Below, piece after piece: positions 11,413 through 24,739 of a stretch of DNA of 64,000 nucleotides. The translations under genes were made by a program, and so were the position numbers. This DNA comes from Chiloscyllium plagiosum. Its lineage: Eukaryota. The DNA lies in NCBI RefSeq assembly GCF_004010195.1, contig NC_057720.1, positions 84,247,918 to 84,311,917 of the forward strand. Direction: 5' to 3'. The notes below the pieces were generated by a model that saw nothing but the letters and a program-made list of their open reading frames with translations, was not told the origin of the DNA and made no database searches. How positions within the stretch are numbered: position 1 is the stretch's first letter; each line of letters opens with the position of its first letter.

Positions 11413-11912
11413 NNNNNNNNNNNNNNNNNNNNNNNNNNNNNNNNNNNNNNNNNNNNNNNNNNNNNNNNNNNNNNNNNNNNNNNNNNNNNNNNNNNNNNNN
11501 NNNNNNNNNNNNNNNNNNNNNNNNNNNNNNNNNNNNNNNNNNNNNNNNNNNNNNNNNNNNNNNNNNNNNNNNNNNNNNNNNNNNNNNNNNNNNNNNNNNN
11601 NNNNNNNNNNNNNNNNNNNNNNNNNNNNNNNNNNNNNNNNNNNNNNNNNNNNNNNNNNNNNNNNNNNNNNNNNNNNNNNNNNNNNNNNNNNNNNNNNNNN
11701 NNNNNNNNNNNNNNNNNNNNNNNNNNNNNNNNNNNNNNNNNNNNNNNNNNNNNNNNNNNNNNNNNNNNNNNNNNNNNNNNNNNNNNNNNNNNNNNNNNNN
11801 NNNNNNNNNNNNNNNNNNNNNNNNNNNNNNNNNNNNNNNNNNNNNNNNNNNNNNNNNNNNNNNNNNNNNNNNNNNNNNNNNNNNNNNNNNNNNNNNNNNN
11901 NNNNNNNNNNNN
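11413..11912. other. Assembly gap (500 N)
   Basis: Run of exactly 500 N. Confidence 1.
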
Positions 11913-12225
11913 GGTACTTAGATGTTATTAAATGTGAGGCTTGATTCATGTCATGGGAACAGAAATGGATCCATGCCAGTTTGCCTGAGCTTGCTAAAAG
12001 TTTAAGTTTCAGTCTCTAAAATGAAGTTAGTGCAAATTACAAGGCCCATTTCAACAGTGCACGGGACAGTTCATATATGGGTCAGAAGGAACACATTAAC
12101 TGACATAACGCAAGTTCAAGCTTATTATGATTAAATGGGTGAAAATAGGAATTAAGAGTCTCAACAAACTCATTAATAGCCTTGGTTTCAGAGCGCTCCT
12201 AAAGAATTTTTACAGTGTCTGCCGA

Positions 12226-12790
12226 GGTCATAGCGATGTACAGCATGGAAACAGACCCTTCGGTCCAACTCATCCATGCCGACCAAATATCCTAACCTAA
12301 TCTTGTCCCATTTGCTAGCACTTGGCCCATATCCCTCTAAACACTTCCTATTCATATACCCATCCAGATGCCTTTTATATGCTGTAATTGTCCCAGCCTC
12401 CAGCACTTCTCTGGCAGCTCATTCCATACACGCACCACCCTCTGTGTGAAAACGTTGCTCCTTAGGTCCCTTTTAAATCTTTCCCCTCTCACCCTTAACC
12501 TATGCCCTCTAGTTCTGGATTCCCCATCCCAGGGAAAAGACCTTGTTTATTTATTCTATGTCTCTTATGATTTTTTAATCTCTCTAAGGTCACCTTTCAG
12601 CCTCCAATGCTCCAGGAAAAACAGCCCTAGTCTATTTGGCTTCTCAATATAGCTCAAATCCTCCAACCCTGGCAACATCTTTGTAAATCTTTTATGAACC
12701 CTTTCAAGTTTCACAACATCCTTCCGATAGGAGGGAGACCAGAATTGCATGCAATATTCCAAAAGTGGCCTAACCAATGTCGTATAGAGG
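12226..12790 (-). mobile_element. CR1/HER1-type LINE 3' end
   Basis: LYTTLVRPLLEYCMQFWSPSYRKDVVKLERVHKRFTKMLPGLE plus the conserved 3' UTR. Confidence 0.92.
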
Positions 12791-13084
12791 ATATTAATTT
12801 TGTTCAGGAAACATCTCACTGTGGCCTCAACTTGTCATGAGGCTGAAAAAGAAAGATAACTCATGTGACATTGCTTCACTTCTTAAGATGCATACTGTTT
12901 CACATCAGCATATCACAGTTAGACTTAATGTCTACATCTCACCAACCAAGTCTTCGATTCTACCTATACTATACAAAGTCTAGTAATTAACCAAGAATAA
13001 TGATTGTACTCCAAGAACATCTGCGATTTTATGCATTCCAATTCTCACCTTCTTTGATATATCTAATCAATTGAAAAGTAACTA

Positions 13085-14270
13085 ATTAGTAAAGTTAGAT
13101 CACATGGGATTCAAAGTGATCTTGCCAATTGGATACAAAATTGGCTTCATGGCAGCAGACAGAGAGTGATAGTGGAGGGATATTCTTTGGACTGGATGCC
13201 TGTGAAGAATGGTGTTCCACATGCGTGGGTGCTGTTTGTCATTTCTATAAATTATTTAGATGAGAATATAGAAAGCTTGGTTAATAGGAGGCTTGCAGAT
13301 GACACCAAGATTGGTGGTATGGTGGAGAGTGAAGGAGGTTATCTAAGATTACAAAGAAATCTTCATCAAGAGTGGCAGATGGGGTTTAATTTAGATGAAT
13401 GCGAGGTATTGTATTTGGTAAAACAATGGTCAGACTTGAGACAATTAAAAACAAGCCTTGGGTAGTGTTGTGGAACAGAGGGACCGAGGGATTCAGGTAC
13501 ATAATTCTTTGAAGTTTGCATCACAGATAGATATGTGATGAAGGGCTTATGCCCGAAACATCGATTCTCCTGCTCTTCAGATGCTCCCTGACCTGCTGTG
13601 CTTTTCCAGGACCACATTCTCAACTCTGATCTTCAGCATCTGCAATCCTCACTTTCTCCTATCACATGTAGACAGGGTGGTTAAGAAGGTACTGAGCAAG
13701 CTTGCCTTCATTGTTCATAACTTTAGTATAGGAGTTGGGATGTTATGTTGAGGTTATACAAGACATTGGTGAGGCTTCTTCTTGAGTACTATGACCAGTT
13801 CTGGTCTTCCTGAATTAGGTAGGACATAATTAAGCTGGAGAGGGTTCAGAAAGTTTTACCAGGATGTTGCTGTAAGGGTTTGAATTATAAGGAGAGGCTG
13901 GAACTTCTTTCACTGGAGTACAGGAGGTGAGGGGTAACCTTACAGAAGTTTAGAAAATTTATAAAATCATAAGGTGAATGGCAGATGTCTTTTCCCTAGG
14001 GTGGGGGATTTCAAGACTGGAGGGCATATTTTTAAGGTGAGAGGAGAAAGTTTTGAAAGGGACATGAGGGGCACTTTTTTTAAACAAAGAGTGGTTCACG
14101 CGTGGAAAGAACCTCCAGAGGAAGTGGAAGATGTGAAACGGTTACATTTGAAAGACATTTAGATAACTATGTGAATAAGATATGTTTGAGGGATATAAGG
14201 CAAGTGCAGACAGGTGGGACTAGTTCAGTTGAGATTATGGTTGGCATGTTTTCGAGCTGTATAATTCTAA
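13085..14270 (+). mobile_element. CR1 LINE RT-to-3' end (decayed), interrupted by a Penelope insertion
   Basis: NGVP..FVISINYLDE..LADDTKIGG; FPRVGDFKTGGHIFKVRG..F.QRVV. Confidence 0.9.
13533..13660 (+). mobile_element. Penelope-like pLTR fragment with minimal hammerhead core
   Basis: TGATGAAGGGCTTATGCCCGAAAC; flanked by the imperfect duplication ATCACAGATAGAT / ATCACATGTAGAC. Confidence 0.8.
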
Positions 14271-14324
14271 GCAATCAAAATGTAGAATTACTGAATTGTT
14301 TAAAATCATTTTTCCACCTACAAT

Positions 14325-17300
14325 GGGTAGGCAATGGCCTAGTAGTATTATTGCGAGATTATTAATCTCGAAACTCAGCAAATGTTCTGGGGGCCTGGGT
14401 TCAAACCCCGCCTTAGGAAATGGTGGAATTTGGATTCAATAAAAAGGATCTGGAATTAAGAATGTACTGATCACCATGAAATCATTGCTGATTGTTGGAA
14501 AATCCCATCTGGTTCATTAATGTCCTTCAGGAAAGAAAGCTGTCATCCTTACCTGATCTAGCCTATATGTGGCTCCAGATCCAAAGCAATGTGGTTGACT
14601 CTCAATTGCCCTCTGAAATGGCCTAGTGAGCCATTCAGTTGTACCAATCACTACAAAGTCTCACAGAAATGAAACTGGATGGATCAATTGGTATTGACCA
14701 AGGCACCAGAAAAGACAAAGGCAGAAGCAGCCGTTGTTGACCCTGCAAAGTCCTCCTCACTAACATCTAGGGGCTATGCCAAAATTGGGAGAGTTGTCTC
14801 ACAGACTAGTCAAGCAACAGCCTGACATCGTCATACTGATGGAATCATACCTTACAGACAATGTCCCAGACATCACCATCACCATCCAAGGATATGTACT
14901 GTCCTAGCAAGAGGATAGACCCAGCAGAGGCAGCGCAGTGGTGTACAGTCGGAAAGGAGTCCTCAACATAAGTCTGGACCCCATGAAGTCTTGTGGCTTC
15001 AGGTTAAACATGGGCAACGAAACCTCCTGCTGATTACCACGTACCCTCCTCCCTCAGCTAATGGATCGGTACTCCTCCATGTTGAGCAACACTTAGAGGA
15101 AGCACTGATAGCAAGGGAACAAATGTACTCTGGGTGGGGGATTACAATGTCCACCATCAGGAGTGGCTTGGCAGCAGTACTACAGATTGTGCTGATTGTG
15201 TCCTAAAGGACATAACTGCTAGACTGGGTCGGCGGCAGGTGGTGAGGGAACCAACAAGAGGGAAAATGTACTTGACCTCATCCTTACCAATCTGTCAGCT
15301 GCAGATGCACTGTCCATGGCAGTGTTGGTAAGAGTGACCACAGCACAGTCCTTGTGGAGACGAATTCCCGCCTTCACATTAAGAATAACCTCCAATGTGT
15401 TGCATTGACACTATCACTGTGCTAAATGGGACAGGCTTCGACCAGATTCACCTGCTTAAGACTGGGCATCCATGAGGTGCTGTGGGCCATCAACAACAAC
15501 AGACTTTTACTCCAGCACAATCTGTAACCTCGTGGCCCAGCATACCCCCTACTCAACCATTACCATCAAGCCAGGGGATCAACCTTAGCTCAATGGAGAG
15601 TATAGGAGGGCATGCCAGAAGCAGCACCAGGCATATCTGAAGATGAGATGTCAACCTGGTGAAGCCACCAAACAGGACTACTTGCATGCCAAACAGGACA
15701 AGCAGCAAGTGATAGACAAAGTGATCCCACAACCAACAGATTAGATCGAAAGTCTACAGTCCTGCCACGTCCAGTCACAAATGGTAGTAGACAATTAAAC
15801 AACTAACTGGAGAAGAAGGCTCCAAAAACATCCCCATCATCAAAGTTGGAAGAGCGCAACACATCAGTGCAAAAGAGCCCAACACATCAGTGCAGCAATC
15901 TTCAGCTAGCAGTGCCGAATGGATGATTCATCTTGGCCTCCTCCAGTAGTCCCCAGCATTACAGATACCAGTCTTCAGCCAACGCGACTGACTCCACGTG
16001 ATATCAAGAAACAGTTCGAGACACTAGGTACTGCAGAGGCTACAGGCCCTGATGACATTAGGCAATTGTACTGAAGTTGCTGCTACCATAGTCAAGCTTT
16101 TCAAGTATAGTCTGCACTGATGTATTGCGCTCTTCCAACTTTGATGATGGGGATGTTTTTGGAGCCTTCTCCTCCAGTTAGTTGTTTAATTGTCTACTAC
16201 CATATGCTCTAGAAGTTGCTGCTACCCTAGCCAAGCTCTTCTAGTATAGTCTAGCTAGTATCCAACCAACAATGTGGAAAATCGCACAAGTACATCCTGT
16301 ATATAAAAAGGACAAATCCAACCCAGCCCCATCTGTCTACCCTCGATTATCTGTAAAGTGATGGAAGGTGTCGTCAACAGTGCTATCAAGCACCACCTGC
16401 TCAGTGACACCCCGTTTGGGTTCCACCAGGGACAGTCAGCTTCAGACTTCATTACAGCCTTAGTTCAAAAATGGACAAAAAAGCTGAATTCGACAGGTGA
16501 GGTGAGAGTGACAACCCTTGACATCAACGCTGAACTTGACCGAGTATTGCATCAAGGAGTGCCACCTAAACTGAAATCAATGAGTATGAGGTAGCAAACC
16601 CTCCAGTGGTTCGAGTCATACCTGTCACATAGGAAGATAGTCATGATTGTTGGAGGTCAGTCATCTCAACTGGAGTTCTTCAGGGTAGTGTCTTAGGCCC
16701 AACCATCTTCAGCCGCTTCATCAACAACCTTCCCTCCGTCATAAGGTACGAAGTGGGGATGTTTGCCGATAATTGCTCAATGTTCAGCACCATTCACAAC
16801 TCCTCAGATACTGAAACAGTCCATGTTCAAATTCAATAAGATCTGAACAATATCCAGGCTTGGCTGACAAGTGGTAAGTAACATTCACATCACACAAGTG
16901 CCAGGCTATGACCATCACAAATGACAGACAATCCAACCACCGCCCCAAGTCATTCAACTGCTTTACCATCACTGACTCCCCCCCCACCAACATCCTAGGG
17001 GTTATCATTGACCATAAACTCAACTGGGCTCACCACATAAACACAGTGGCTACAAGAACAGGTCGAAGCCAGTAAGTACCGCAGTGAATAACTCACCTTC
17101 TAACTCCTCAAAACCTGTCCACCATCTACAAGGCACAAGTCAGGAGTTTGATGGATCCCCACTTGCCTGGATAACTGCAGCCCCAACAACACTCAAAAAG
17201 CTTGACACCATCCAGGACAAAGCAGCCTGTTTGACTGGCACTATATCCACAAACATTCACTTCCTCCACCACTGATGCTCAGCAGTAACAATGTATACTA

Positions 17301-17658
17301 TCTACAAGATGCACTGCAGAAATTCACCAAAGATCCTCAGACAGCACCTTCTAAACCCAAGGCCGCTTCCATTTAGATGGACAAGGGCAGCAGATATATG
17401 GGAACACTGCCACCTTCAAGTTCCCCTGCAAGTCACTCACCATTCTGACTTGGAAATAAATACCGTTCCCTCACTGTCGCTGGGTCAAAATCCGAGAATT
17501 CCCTCCCTAACGGCATTGTGGGTCAACTCACAGCAGGTGGACTGCAGCGGTTCAAGGCGGCAGCTCAACCACCACTGTCTCAAGGGCAACTAGTGATGGG
17601 CAATAATTGCTGGCCAGCGAGCGATGCCCATACCCCACAAAATGAATTTTTAAAAAAC
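14325..17658 (+). mobile_element. Near full-length single-ORF CR1-group LINE (family B): tRNA-like head, APE endonuclease, RT, 3' tail
   Basis: A-box-like TGGCCTAGTAG (14335) and B-box GGTTCAAACCC (14398); EN KVLLTNI.G..PKLGELSHRLVKQQPDIVILMESYL, GDYNVHH, GKSDH; RT FGFHQGQSA, LDINAELDRV, QGSVLGPTIF, MFADNC; tail AATGAATTTTTAAAAAA. Confidence 0.9.
15781..16252. repeat. 91-bp inverted duplication (15781-15871 vs 16113-16203) flanked by a 41-bp direct repeat (16073-16113, 16212-16252)
   Basis: Direct reading: the inverted copies differ at 2 positions and the direct copies at 4. Confidence 0.95.
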
Positions 17659-20600
17659 CGAAAACATCTATAGCTTTGCCAGTCTCTCAAAATCCAAAAA
17701 CACTGTTGAGTTTCATTTTTCAAGACTTGAGGAAATCTTGCTTAGATTATTAGCACTTATTATTGCAATGGTGTCGAACTCCTCTATAAATGTGAGGAAA
17801 ACATGATTTCCAATTGTACTCCCTGGTTTCCCAAGGACGTACTTTCTGCCTATCTCTTAAGAGTTTGAACTTTTCCTGCACTTGCTGACTAAGATACTAT
17901 TTCGGTTGCCCACCTCAAACTAAATGGTTTGTTGAATACTTAGCTTGTTTACTTGAAAATAAATAACTGTAACATTAAATAAGTTGCACTGCATAAATCA
18001 CAGGTTGGGCTGCTGTAGCATAGTTCTGGCAAAGGTAGCCCAACCTGAGGAATGAGGGAAAACTGGAATTTGCAATATTTATATGCATAGACTCTTCCTG
18101 AAGTCTCGCAAGGGACTATTCATCTGAAAGTTCTGTTTCTTAATCAGTTTAATAAGATACAAAAAACTAACTTGGAGGATGCTCCTGTGTGAAGGCAAAC
18201 AATTCTTGGAGAACATCCGTTGGCAAGGGGAAATACAGAAAAGGAACCAGAGAGAGGAATGCCAGTAATTTCAAGACCTAGGACTAGTTGCAACTTCCAG
18301 AAACACCTACTAAATGACTGGTTGGAGGTTCAGCTCTACAGCTGGGCTCATCAGCCACACAAACACTTACAGAACCCAAGATCAATGACATGGAATTTCC
18401 TAGGTGAACAATCATATATGTTGACGAATGATTGCCACTGGCGATGAATAATAAATGTATCAGCAACTTGTGGGAAGTTTCAAATTATACTGTGCAAGTT
18501 TTAAGAACTTATGTCCTTTGGTTTCTGCATAATATTTACACTTTAAATAAACTTAACCAAGCAGTCTTAATACAATGCATTAGTCTAACATGTTACATTA
18601 TCCCTATGAAAGTGATGGGTGAAAACTGCTGGCCTCGCATAATTTTCCAGTGTACAGTATACCATGACAAATGATTCATTATTATCTGTGGGCATGTGAG
18701 ATGGTGAATGGATCATAGGATGCTCAATCAATTTAAATAGGTTGTCATCAACACAGAAGAGGCACAATGCACAAGAAAAACTTGGAGAGGGGACTTTTCA
18801 ATGGCACTGCTGGATTAAAATTGCTTGACCTGAACTTATAATGGATCAATTTAAAAAAAAATCATCACTGATGCTGTTGTGCTGAAGTTGGCAACCGAAT
18901 ATAAGTTCAGCACATGCAACTATGCATTACAAACAGTCTAACTAATAATCATTTGCTCATCAGGCAGTAACAACTGATCTTCTCCTCTTTGCTACCCTTG
19001 AATAAGAAATCATTAGAGTTTGATCCCAAGAGGTTTTCTTCTAACAGGAATATTGAACTTTAATCTACTTCCTCTGTCTGTTGGAGTTTAGAATTCACCT
19101 ATACTTTTAGTCCACAATACAGCAAAAGTCAGAATTACATTATTTTTTGAAACAGTGAAACATGATACTTATTTTAAGCTTGCATATAAATTAACATGCA
19201 GTATGCATTCCATGTGAAAATCATTTAATTCCCAAACGGCATCTAATGAGCACCAGATTCAAAGGTATAATTGTCTGGAGTGTAAGGGCAATTTGTTTCT
19301 GAAATATAGCCAGATAACACTGCAAGGTAAAAACATAGGTGCAATCTTCTAGCAAATATGCTCCCCAGTGAAAAATGTTCTAACTTTCAATAGCACTCTG
19401 TTTGGGCTTGTTTACTGATTTTATTTTCCAGGTACTGCTGGTGGCCAGTGTTAAACCACCCACATTCAGCGGTGGATTCAGATGGATAATTCAGGAAAAC
19501 CTCCCTTTTAGAGGTTTTTTGTATTCTGCATTGCAGGACTAACTATTTATATGGCTTTTGTGGGCCATCTCCACATAGCCAATTCTCTGTCCTTGCTGTG
19601 GTAAGGCAGCATTAAAGTAAATGAGTCTTCAGCACAGCCTGAACTAAACTCCCACTTAAAAGAGTTAATGTGTCAATGAGAGGTAGAAGGACCAAAAATC
19701 TTCATTTCTACTTATATTTCTACATTTGTATTTCACAATGCAAAAATGAGTTTTATTCTGAATTGCTCACGGTTGAATTAAAACCGCTTTTCCTTAAGAA
19801 TATACTTAAAAGATGATAAGTTTCTATGTTCTTCATTTCAAACATAATCCTCTGTGGACTATCTGAATCAAAGCTCCAGTGCTGTATCCCTAGAAATAAC
19901 ACTGTTGCCCTTTATCCAATATTCAAGGTCTGCAGTCTAGTCATTAGTCCCCATGGTCCAAGTTTTGTTGCATAATTTTGGCTCAAGAAAATTAATAAAA
20001 TACAATCAACCCATACTAAATTAAAGAGCCTTTTGCTAGATTTTTCTCTTTTGGGTATTCAATGCATTCCATTGTAAGTACAAGAATGTTCATTTGCCAA
20101 AGTGATTTGGCATCTCGTGCTGTCTGGGCAATCACTAGGTAAGTAAGATAAGTAACTGGATAGCTGACATTGTATATGGAATCACATATTAGTGTAAGTT
20201 ATTGTCTTTTGGAGAGGGAAATTGGAAAATAATGGAGAAATATGCAAAATAAATTTGCTGTCACTAAATGCTTGCTTTTCTTTTTTCAAGTAGTTTTACT
20301 TTTGAAGTTTTTGAACTGTCCCATAATTTAGCAGAATTGGACCAAAATACACTTTTTTTTGATAAGATTTCACATTAAGGGAGCATCTCACATATTAGAC
20401 ACTCCGAAGATAATACTGGTTAAAGCTTTACAACTGTAAGTGGGTTCATAAATGCAAAAGTTGTAGTCAGTGAAAAAAGGAATAAGTTGTACCAAACCAA
20501 ATACCACAAAGTGGCTGAATAGGCCTGATGGGCAGTCTTTATTGGTGTTTCAAAAACATCAGAAGATTTCCAAATTTTGAACAAGAGACTCTTTCTATTT

Positions 20601-21829
20601 TCACTTTCTGGTGATTCCTTGCCATTAAGGAGCTTGGTGAGTATGTCAGTCTCAACATAGATGGCTGCCACTGTGTGTTTGAGAGTCTCAGTTGTACCAA
20701 TCCCTTGAGTATTAGCAGGTTAAAGAAATTCCTGGCTCAATCCTCTCTTTTTGCTTTGATTTGGCAAGTTGGGATTTAGAATGAACTCTTTCATTGTGGT
20801 CCTTGATTTTGCGCATGTTGTTGCCGAACATTTTGCATATTGAAGTGATCATTAATACCAAAACACACAACAATCTTACGGTGGAATATATTTGACAGAC
20901 ATGCTGAAGTCTGTTAATCTTGTATCTGTCTTTTTTAAATGCATATGTGAGAAAATAAATAATGGGCTAAATGTGTATTTTTCATGATTATTAGCAAGTT
21001 AAGGAATTCCCAGTTCTGGATTTTGAGAGTCTTCTAGAAGCTTGGGACCCTTCTTCTGAAGGATCAGTGTTGAATAATGCAAATTTAGGTGCCAATAGTT
21101 GGACCGCAAGCTGCATTTTAAAGGAAGATGATGATATAGACTGTTCGCTTCCCTAGGTACAAATTTGGTTGGAACATGACTAAAATATGACTGCAAGGCA
21201 GACTTATTTGAGAGTGGAATATCAGCCTCTTAGTGGAAAAAAGTTCTAAACTTGGGACCAATATAATTGGTCGGCCATTTCAGCAATCCTAGTAATGTAG
21301 AACATTGCAGAACAGAGCACAAAGGTCATCTTTTCCCTGGAAAGGTGCATCCCAATATTTAAGGTCATGTAAGGAACCTAAAACCCAAGGAGAGCAGGTA
21401 AGAGGGCTGTGTTTTGGAAGTGTGAAAAGAGGATTGCATCTTTGGGCATCGCGACCCAAATGAATCCTGCCCCTTCCTTTCTGCCCTTTTTCATCTAGTC
21501 CATAAAAACTGGCCTGTCCACTCCTGCCCTATCCACGCGTACACACAGCAGCTATATTATGGTGAGAGCAGTGTATAATCTAACTCACTATTTGCCTAAT
21601 TGACCTCTAATCATTCCTCAACATAAGATGGATGAGCTGCCAATTTTAGCACCAAAGTGCACCCACCTGGTGTATTGTAGGGATCAGTTTTGGGTAATGT
21701 GTAGGAAGGCAGTGAAGTAAATACCCAACCTATTTTGTATCCTCCCAACCAAAAACATACCATAAAGGTGAATTCAAAATCCAGCCCAATATTTTATGCG
21801 AGAAATGTTTTTATGAGCATTCTTCTACA

Positions 21830-22220
21830 GTTACGAGCAATACACCACTTGCTATGGCATTGCGCTGGTAGACTAGGAGGGGATCACATTCTAATCACAA
21901 CTTGTCCATAACTACTTATCCGTCAATTAAGCATAAATTCAGCAATGAGTTCAACAACTTCAGACCTGATCGCCTTCTGTTTGCTTCATTTTCTCTACTT
22001 GTTTCGATTTCTTTCTTTCCGCCATCTTTTGTTTATTTACTTTTTTATCCAATCTCCATTTTCTTGGGCCCTACAGCACTAACACTTTTCAATCATTCAA
22101 TCTTTCTGGTCTACCACTTTTACATGCCTTGTGTCCTTGTTCAGCCCACACCTTACTTAGAACTATTACATCTCTAGCTTTTCATAGTTCTGATCAAGGC
22201 CTGAAGTGTTAATGTTGTTT
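21830..22220 (+). mobile_element. Old Penelope-like 3' fragment
   Basis: ..NEFNNFR C-terminal motif, pyrimidine-rich tract, degenerate TTCTGA..CCTGAA..GTTAA. Confidence 0.4.
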
Positions 22221-22799
22221 AGTCCTTTAAAATTGCATTACTTTAAGAGCTTAATAAAGGACCAAAATGTAAATCATAAGGCCAACTGTCACGTGCAGTT
22301 GAGCAAAAGCATGCTAGAAGGCAGTTGCATACACAATTATGCTTAACTGCTAGTTGTTGTCTGAATTGTTGTTAAAACTATTTGAAGTTTTTATGTAAAT
22401 TAAATCCACACTTACTCAGTCTGTGTTACTTACTGATAAGATGAGAAACGGTGACAGTTAACTCTGCTTTTCCGTCTTTCTACGAATGCTGCATAACTTA
22501 TGAAGTTTTTAATGTCTCCAATGTATTCACTGTGATTGCCCTTGAAGAAAACCAAAGAATAAACAATTCTGATGTGTGCATTACAGCTATCCATCACTAA
22601 TCTGATCAACAGTGTTACAACATTCATCGTAGGTGGAGAAATCATATAGGATCCAAATCCATCCAACCAGAATGATGATCAAGCCCCAGGTTGCAGGTAC
22701 CAATCTGATTCACACTGACCATTCAGCCAACTGAGTCTTCTTACCCCTAAAAGGAGGCATGATTGCTTTGTCAACTTCATGTTATAATCTGGAGTTTTG

Positions 22800-23633
22800 T
22801 GTTATGAAGATGTGGGTGTACTGTACATTTAAGTGAGTTAAAAGCTAGCAGAACTACCTGACAGCACCAAGTGTTCTGAACAAGATATAATATAACCTTT
22901 TTGTCCAGTAGCTAGGGTAGCTGGTTGCCTGGAAATGACATGGGTTAAACCCTCCTGCTTAATTTAAACCAGCAGCACAGAATAGGTTTACCCCATGCAG
23001 TAATCTGTGAAAATTCAAAAGTAAAAATTAACAACTTTATTCCTTATTCCTTAAAGTATAACAGAGAATAATTAACTGACAACTATTTGCAACTTTTTCC
23101 TCTAACCTCTCTTTTACTTTCCCTTCTATAATACTAGTCTGATAAAATACTCGATTTAGATTTACCAAAATTCAAATTTTCAAAACCAGCCAGATGTTAA
23201 ATCTTCTCTTTATATCTTCCTTGGTCTTTTTTTCTACTTCTTAGAGATTTCTGTTTCACAGGTTACTGATCGATAAAGGTACCTTTACGAGAGCTATTCT
23301 CCGGGCAGCCTCCATTATCGGTGGCTTGGCAGTTCCCCTCCCAACCGTTCAATTTTCCCTGGTCTTATACCCCCAAAGCATCAGATTTTGTCATTGACTT
23401 TTAACATTGTCAACATACTAAATTCAAACTTGACTGGAGTATGGTATTTTTCAGGGTATAGTTTAAACTGGTTGGCCTAATTTGAATCTGTTTGGTCGTT
23501 TCCAGGCAACCAGCTACCCTAGCTACTGGACCAAAAGGTTACGTTATATCTTGTTCAGAACACTTGGTGCTGTCAGGTAGTTCTGCTAGCTTTTAACTCT
23601 CTTAAAATGTACAGTACACACATCTTCACGACA
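22800..23633 (-). mobile_element. Solo LTR with ~140-bp terminal inverted repeats
   Basis: IR 22800-22939 / 23495-23633; TGT..ACA ends; minus-strand GGGGGTATAAGA (TATA) and AATAAA; flanks TTTG/TATG (4-bp TSD with one mismatch). Confidence 0.8.
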
Positions 23634-23904
23634 TATGAAAGGTAGAGGCAACAATGTTCTTTCCATCACATGTCTGACGAGTAATCTCTCAAACTGTACT
23701 GGTTTCCTTATTAATATATCTTCGTTGGAACTGAAAACTTGGGGTGGACTTTCTGAGTCAGAATCAGGGTGCTACCCACAGTGCCCAAGATCTCCATCTG
23801 ACCACTGTGTACTGATAACAATTTGGGTGTTCAGACCATCATGGTTTTCCTTTATTTTTCTCACTTCTGGTTTGGAACTGTGAGCTGCAGTTCAGAATCC
23901 AACT

Positions 23905-24739
23905 TGTGGCTTGGACAGCAGCTTCTTTTATAAAGAAAGAACAAATAAAGGTATGTTTATACATGGGAACTGGCCTGGAAAGATAATTGCAGGTTAATTA
24001 TTGTTCTAAGAACACTGTAGACATCTAATACCAGGATGTATTATGCTTAAGGTCTGGCAATTGTTTGGATGTCGCACTGATCAATCAAGGGGAAACCAAT
24101 GATGTCCTGCCAGCTACAGAGAGTGTTGAAAAAGAGGAGCTATAGATTTGATTGGGTTTTGACGGGGCTTTTGGTACAAAATACTGTGTGCTTGGAAGCT
24201 GCTGGACTGGGAAACTGTGCTTGAGTTTTATTCTCTCTAGTTCTATATTCTGTTAAAAAATTATTGAATGTTCTGGAAAAAAATCTTAATTTATAAGTAA
24301 GTAAGTAATATTCCTTGGAGCCTGCTGGAAGCTGTTGCATTGACTGGTGACTCCAGATAGTATTATCATGCATGCAGTACAACACATCATTCAAGGATTC
24401 TATTAAATCCAGTATTCAATGTTTATCAAACTGACAAATTTAAAATACTTTTTTTTCAATTTATTCCTTAACTGTGTCTGTTTGTGGGAGATTGAGAGTT
24501 ATGATTAAAGAAAATTGGGTTTAAATCATAGACATAAATTAGATTACCCGATGTTTAACTTAGCTCTTATAAAGTTATAATATTAAAAATAAATTCTTAA
24601 TTTCTGTTTAAGCTATGAATTTCCTTTAGAAGCACACCCATTAATTATTTTACATTTTTACTGTTTCTGGTTTCCCATTAGTGTAAAACTAGTTTCCAGT
24701 CGAGGTTGAGTTAGGTAAGCATCTGTTCTCATATAAACA
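23905..24739 (+). mobile_element. Possible old solo LTR
   Basis: TG..CA bounded, AATAAA near the 3' end, LTR-like composition; no TSD. Confidence 0.25.

Noticed and set aside
11338-11949. Long ORFs in the ORF track spanning the first gap
   Set aside because: Artefacts of translating through 500 N.
14330-14415. tRNA gene
   Set aside because: A and B boxes are present, but there is no convincing cloverleaf or terminator; it is the head of a retroelement.
21320-21787. MITE ending in AAAATCCAGCCC
   Set aside because: The right end resembles a TIR seen in such repeats, but no convincing left TIR or TSD was found.
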